A DNA stretch of 37,036 bases from Chlamydiia bacterium. Its GTDB lineage: Bacteria > Chlamydiota > Chlamydiia > Chlamydiales > JBMOFD01. Positions 34,884 through 37,036 of the stretch are shown one piece after another. The DNA lies in assembly GCA_049314435.1 (NCBI GenBank), contig JBMOFD010000008.1, forward strand, positions 1 to 37,036, read 5' to 3'. Under the pieces are notes generated by a model. That model saw nothing but the letters and a program-made list of their open reading frames with translations. It had not been told where the DNA came from and did no database searches. Each line of letters opens with the position of its first letter. The stretch's first letter is position 1. Made by a program: the position numbers and the translations under genes.

Positions 34884-35010
34884 CCGCTGGTCCAATCATG
34901 ACTCATCCTCATCCCCGCGGATGCTGGGGACAGGTAGTGGGGGATAGTTGATGGTTTAACCAGGTTGGTCTAACCGGGACCTATCAAGATAACAAGATAA
35001 CCAGGAGATC

Positions 35011-35397
35011 ATGATGTTTAGGAATGTCAAAAATGCTCTACTATGCGCTTGCGCAGTTTCTGCGTGTAGCCTATCCGCTTACACGAGCCCCATACCAACA
35101 AGCGGGGTTACGCTCAGCAACGGAAGGCAGATGATGCCGGTTAATGATACAGGCGACTCTGACATGAAAAGTGCCATGAGTGGTGGGTATTTCGGTGGTG
35201 GTGGGGAGTGTAAAGGCCCGGAATTCGCTACCGCTGCGGCCATGGAGACCTGTTTGAACAAACACGTTACAGGGTACGATAGGGCGCTTTGCAGCACACC
35301 AACAACCACAATGCCCATGTGTTGTACTATGCATACGATAGTAGATGGTCAGAGCACCTCAAACGTGGTTGGGGCTTGTAATAAGCATCATCTGTAG
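35011..35397 (+). CDS. Small secreted Cys/Met-rich protein (paralog B)
   Basis: AGGAG RBS, signal peptide ending SLSA, AMETCL..ALC..MCCTM. Confidence 0.8.
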   Translation: MMFRNVKNALLCACAVSACSLSAYTSPIPTSGVTLSNGRQMMPVNDTGDSDMKSAMSGGYFGGGGECKGPEFATAAAMETCLNKHVTGYDRALCSTPTTTMPMCCTMHTIVDGQSTSNVVGACNKHHL

Positions 35398-35413
35398 TAA
35401 GCTCCTCGCTGAT

Positions 35414-35465
35414 TTGTGGCAGTGACCGGATCTTTTGGGCTCTGGCCGCCGCCACAACGGCTTTT
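35414..35465. terminator. Imperfect hairpin between convergent genes
   Basis: TTGTGGC/GCCACAA closing an interrupted stem (CCGGA/TCTGG). Confidence 0.4.
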
Positions 35466-35561
35466 CAATCCTCTTCAGTCTTTTACCAACCCTATTCCAA
35501 GCACCGTGACCTGTGTCCTTGCTGCAGGCTTTTGCTGAGCGATCTGGTCTCCGGCATGTCC

Positions 35562-36344
35562 CTATCGCAAGGGGAGCAGCCGCGCACTCGCAGTGTCCAA
35601 CCACCAGAGAGCTGGATGCGCGGGGGAGCCGATGTGGGACGCTGGGTAGAGATTTCGATCATCTGTCAGAACATCAGCCACGATATCCGCCTTGCTCTCG
35701 CCAAGGGCGATGATCCACGTATGCTCAGCATGGTGGAGCATGGGGAAGGTGAGAGTCATCCGCCAGCTCTCTTGTTGAGGCACCCAGTTGGCCGCGCAGA
35801 GGGCCTTCGTTTCAGTAAGAGCCTCGGTCTCCGGGAAGAGAGAGGCAATATGTCCATCAGCACCCAGTCCAAGCAACAGAAGATCGATCCTAAGATCAGG
35901 AAGATGAGCCTCTAGCCACTCTTGGTAGTGCACAGCATTGGAGTCGATGTGTTCTTCTGCGTGCATCCGATGGATCTGGTGTGCAGGGATGGGGAGCTCG
36001 GCTAAACCGGCCCGCAACGCATTGCCAGAGTTGGAGTTCTCGTTCTCTGGAGGCACGGGGCGTTCATCACCCCAGATGAGCCAGACCTTGTCCCATGGCA
36101 TCTGGGAACGTAGGGGTTCCTGGGTCCAAGCATGATAGAAGGCCATGGGGGTTTTACCCCCTGATAGGCAGATCACGCAACGATCACGAAGTCGAACGGC
36201 TTCTTTGGCGAGGTCCAATAAGCGTTGGCCACAAGCATCAATGGTGGCGGACTCATCTTTGGCGACCACCAGCGTTCGCCGAGGGTCCCACATTACGGGG
36301 TCAATTTGCATACGCACCTGGTGTCTTGAAGCCTCTTGACTCAC
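35562..36344 (-). CDS. pgl: 6-phosphogluconolactonase
   Basis: LSGGKTP, WGDERPVP, LGLGADGHIASLFP, RMTLTFP. Confidence 0.96.
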   Translation of the reverse strand: MSQEASRHQVRMQIDPVMWDPRRTLVVAKDESATIDACGQRLLDLAKEAVRLRDRCVICLSGGKTPMAFYHAWTQEPLRSQMPWDKVWLIWGDERPVPPENENSNSGNALRAGLAELPIPAHQIHRMHAEEHIDSNAVHYQEWLEAHLPDLRIDLLLLGLGADGHIASLFPETEALTETKALCAANWVPQQESWRMTLTFPMLHHAEHTWIIALGESKADIVADVLTDDRNLYPASHIGSPAHPALWWLDTASARLLPLR

Positions 36345-36530
36345 ACAAGAGAGGATGTTGTAGAAGAGCGTAGAGACTGCATGAAATCCAATCTACGCGC
36401 TCCTAGCAATGGAAGTCTAGAGCTGTTCAGGGTGTCCATTTGGAGGTGCGTGTGGGTCAAAAAAACTTCTTTAAATCAGCTGTGGAGTAGTGTAGACCTG
36501 GTGCAATCAGGGTATGTGTAGGAGCTGGGT

Positions 36531-37036
36531 ATGCGAGCAAAACAATGGGCTCTCTTCGCATTTTGTCTGGTCATGCCTCGTCTGGAGGCGGTGATCACCG
36601 TCACCAACACCAACATTTCTGGCCCGGGTAGCTTGGACGCAGCTGTAACTAGCGCCAACAGCTCCCCTCAGACCATCAATTTTGATAGTTCGCTTGGTGG
36701 TGAGACCTTTCCTATGCCGGGCCTTCTCTCGATATCCAATACCTACACCATCGATGCTGGGAGTGTTGGCTTTGTTACCATCACCTCTGCAGGAGTCGAG
36801 ATCCTAGCGGGATCGCCCAGCCTTTTACAGGTAGCCCTGTCAACGGGTAGCTTTAACAATAACACCTCGGGTACGACAACTCTTCGGGTGCTTGACTTTG
36901 GTGGATGGAGCTCGGGCCTCAACCTCAACAACGGCGCCATCACCTTGGCGAGTAGTAATAGTCTAGGGAGCGGTGCACTCGTCTTTTCAAATGGCACAAC
37001 GCTGAATCTCAATTCAGGTACTTCACAGACCAATAA
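36531..37036 (+). CDS. Autotransporter-like adhesin passenger, 5' part (runs off the window)
   Basis: Manual translation MRAKQWALFAFCLVMPRLEA-VITVTNTNISGPGSLDAAV..WSSGLNLNNGAITLASSNSLGSGALVF.. GGAG RBS, frame open to the window end. Confidence 0.85.
   Translation, partial: MRAKQWALFAFCLVMPRLEAVITVTNTNISGPGSLDAAVTSANSSPQTINFDSSLGGETFPMPGLLSISNTYTIDAGSVGFVTITSAGVEILAGSPSLLQVALSTGSFNNNTSGTTTLRVLDFGGWSSGLNLNNGAITLASSNSLGSGALVFSNGTTLNLNSGTSQTN

Noticed and set aside
36743..37033. 96-aa minus-strand ORF
   Set aside because: Antisense shadow of the autotransporter-like gene.
1..37036. CRISPR array, IS element, prophage, retron or toxin-antitoxin module; also the many short overlapping ORFs in the track
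   Set aside because: I saw no spaced direct repeats and no transposase, reverse transcriptase or phage motifs. The short ORFs lie antisense or out of frame to well-supported genes, as expected in GC-rich DNA.

Overview
A chromosomal segment of an environmental, fairly GC-rich member of Chlamydiota. The assignment rests on chlamydia-type gene orders (DUF378 next to gatCAB, yidC-dnaA, rpmG next to lolC/E-lolD), a Pkn1-type kinase/FGE fusion and a chlamydia-like L33. The core backbone is tRNA-Pro(TGG), xerD, gatCAB, dnaA, yidC, pkn1, tpiA, tpx, a GT11 glycosyltransferase, three ABC systems, rpmG (missed by the ORF track), tsaD, a cold-shock protein, pgl and the 5' end of an autotransporter-like adhesin (also missed). 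Lineage-specific genes are interspersed: an Inc-like protein, a low-GC PRTase-like protein with a possible FHA-like tail, a double winged-helix protein, an NLS-bearing protein, several secreted Cys/Gly/Ser-rich proteins and a degenerate NeuB-SAF protein. Notable non-coding signals are a candidate structured ncRNA behind xerD, a consensus sigma-54 promoter and a duplicated promoter-like motif ahead of two Cys/Met-rich paralogs. I found no CRISPR array, rRNA, IS element or prophage. All homology calls come from motif recognition; no database search was run.
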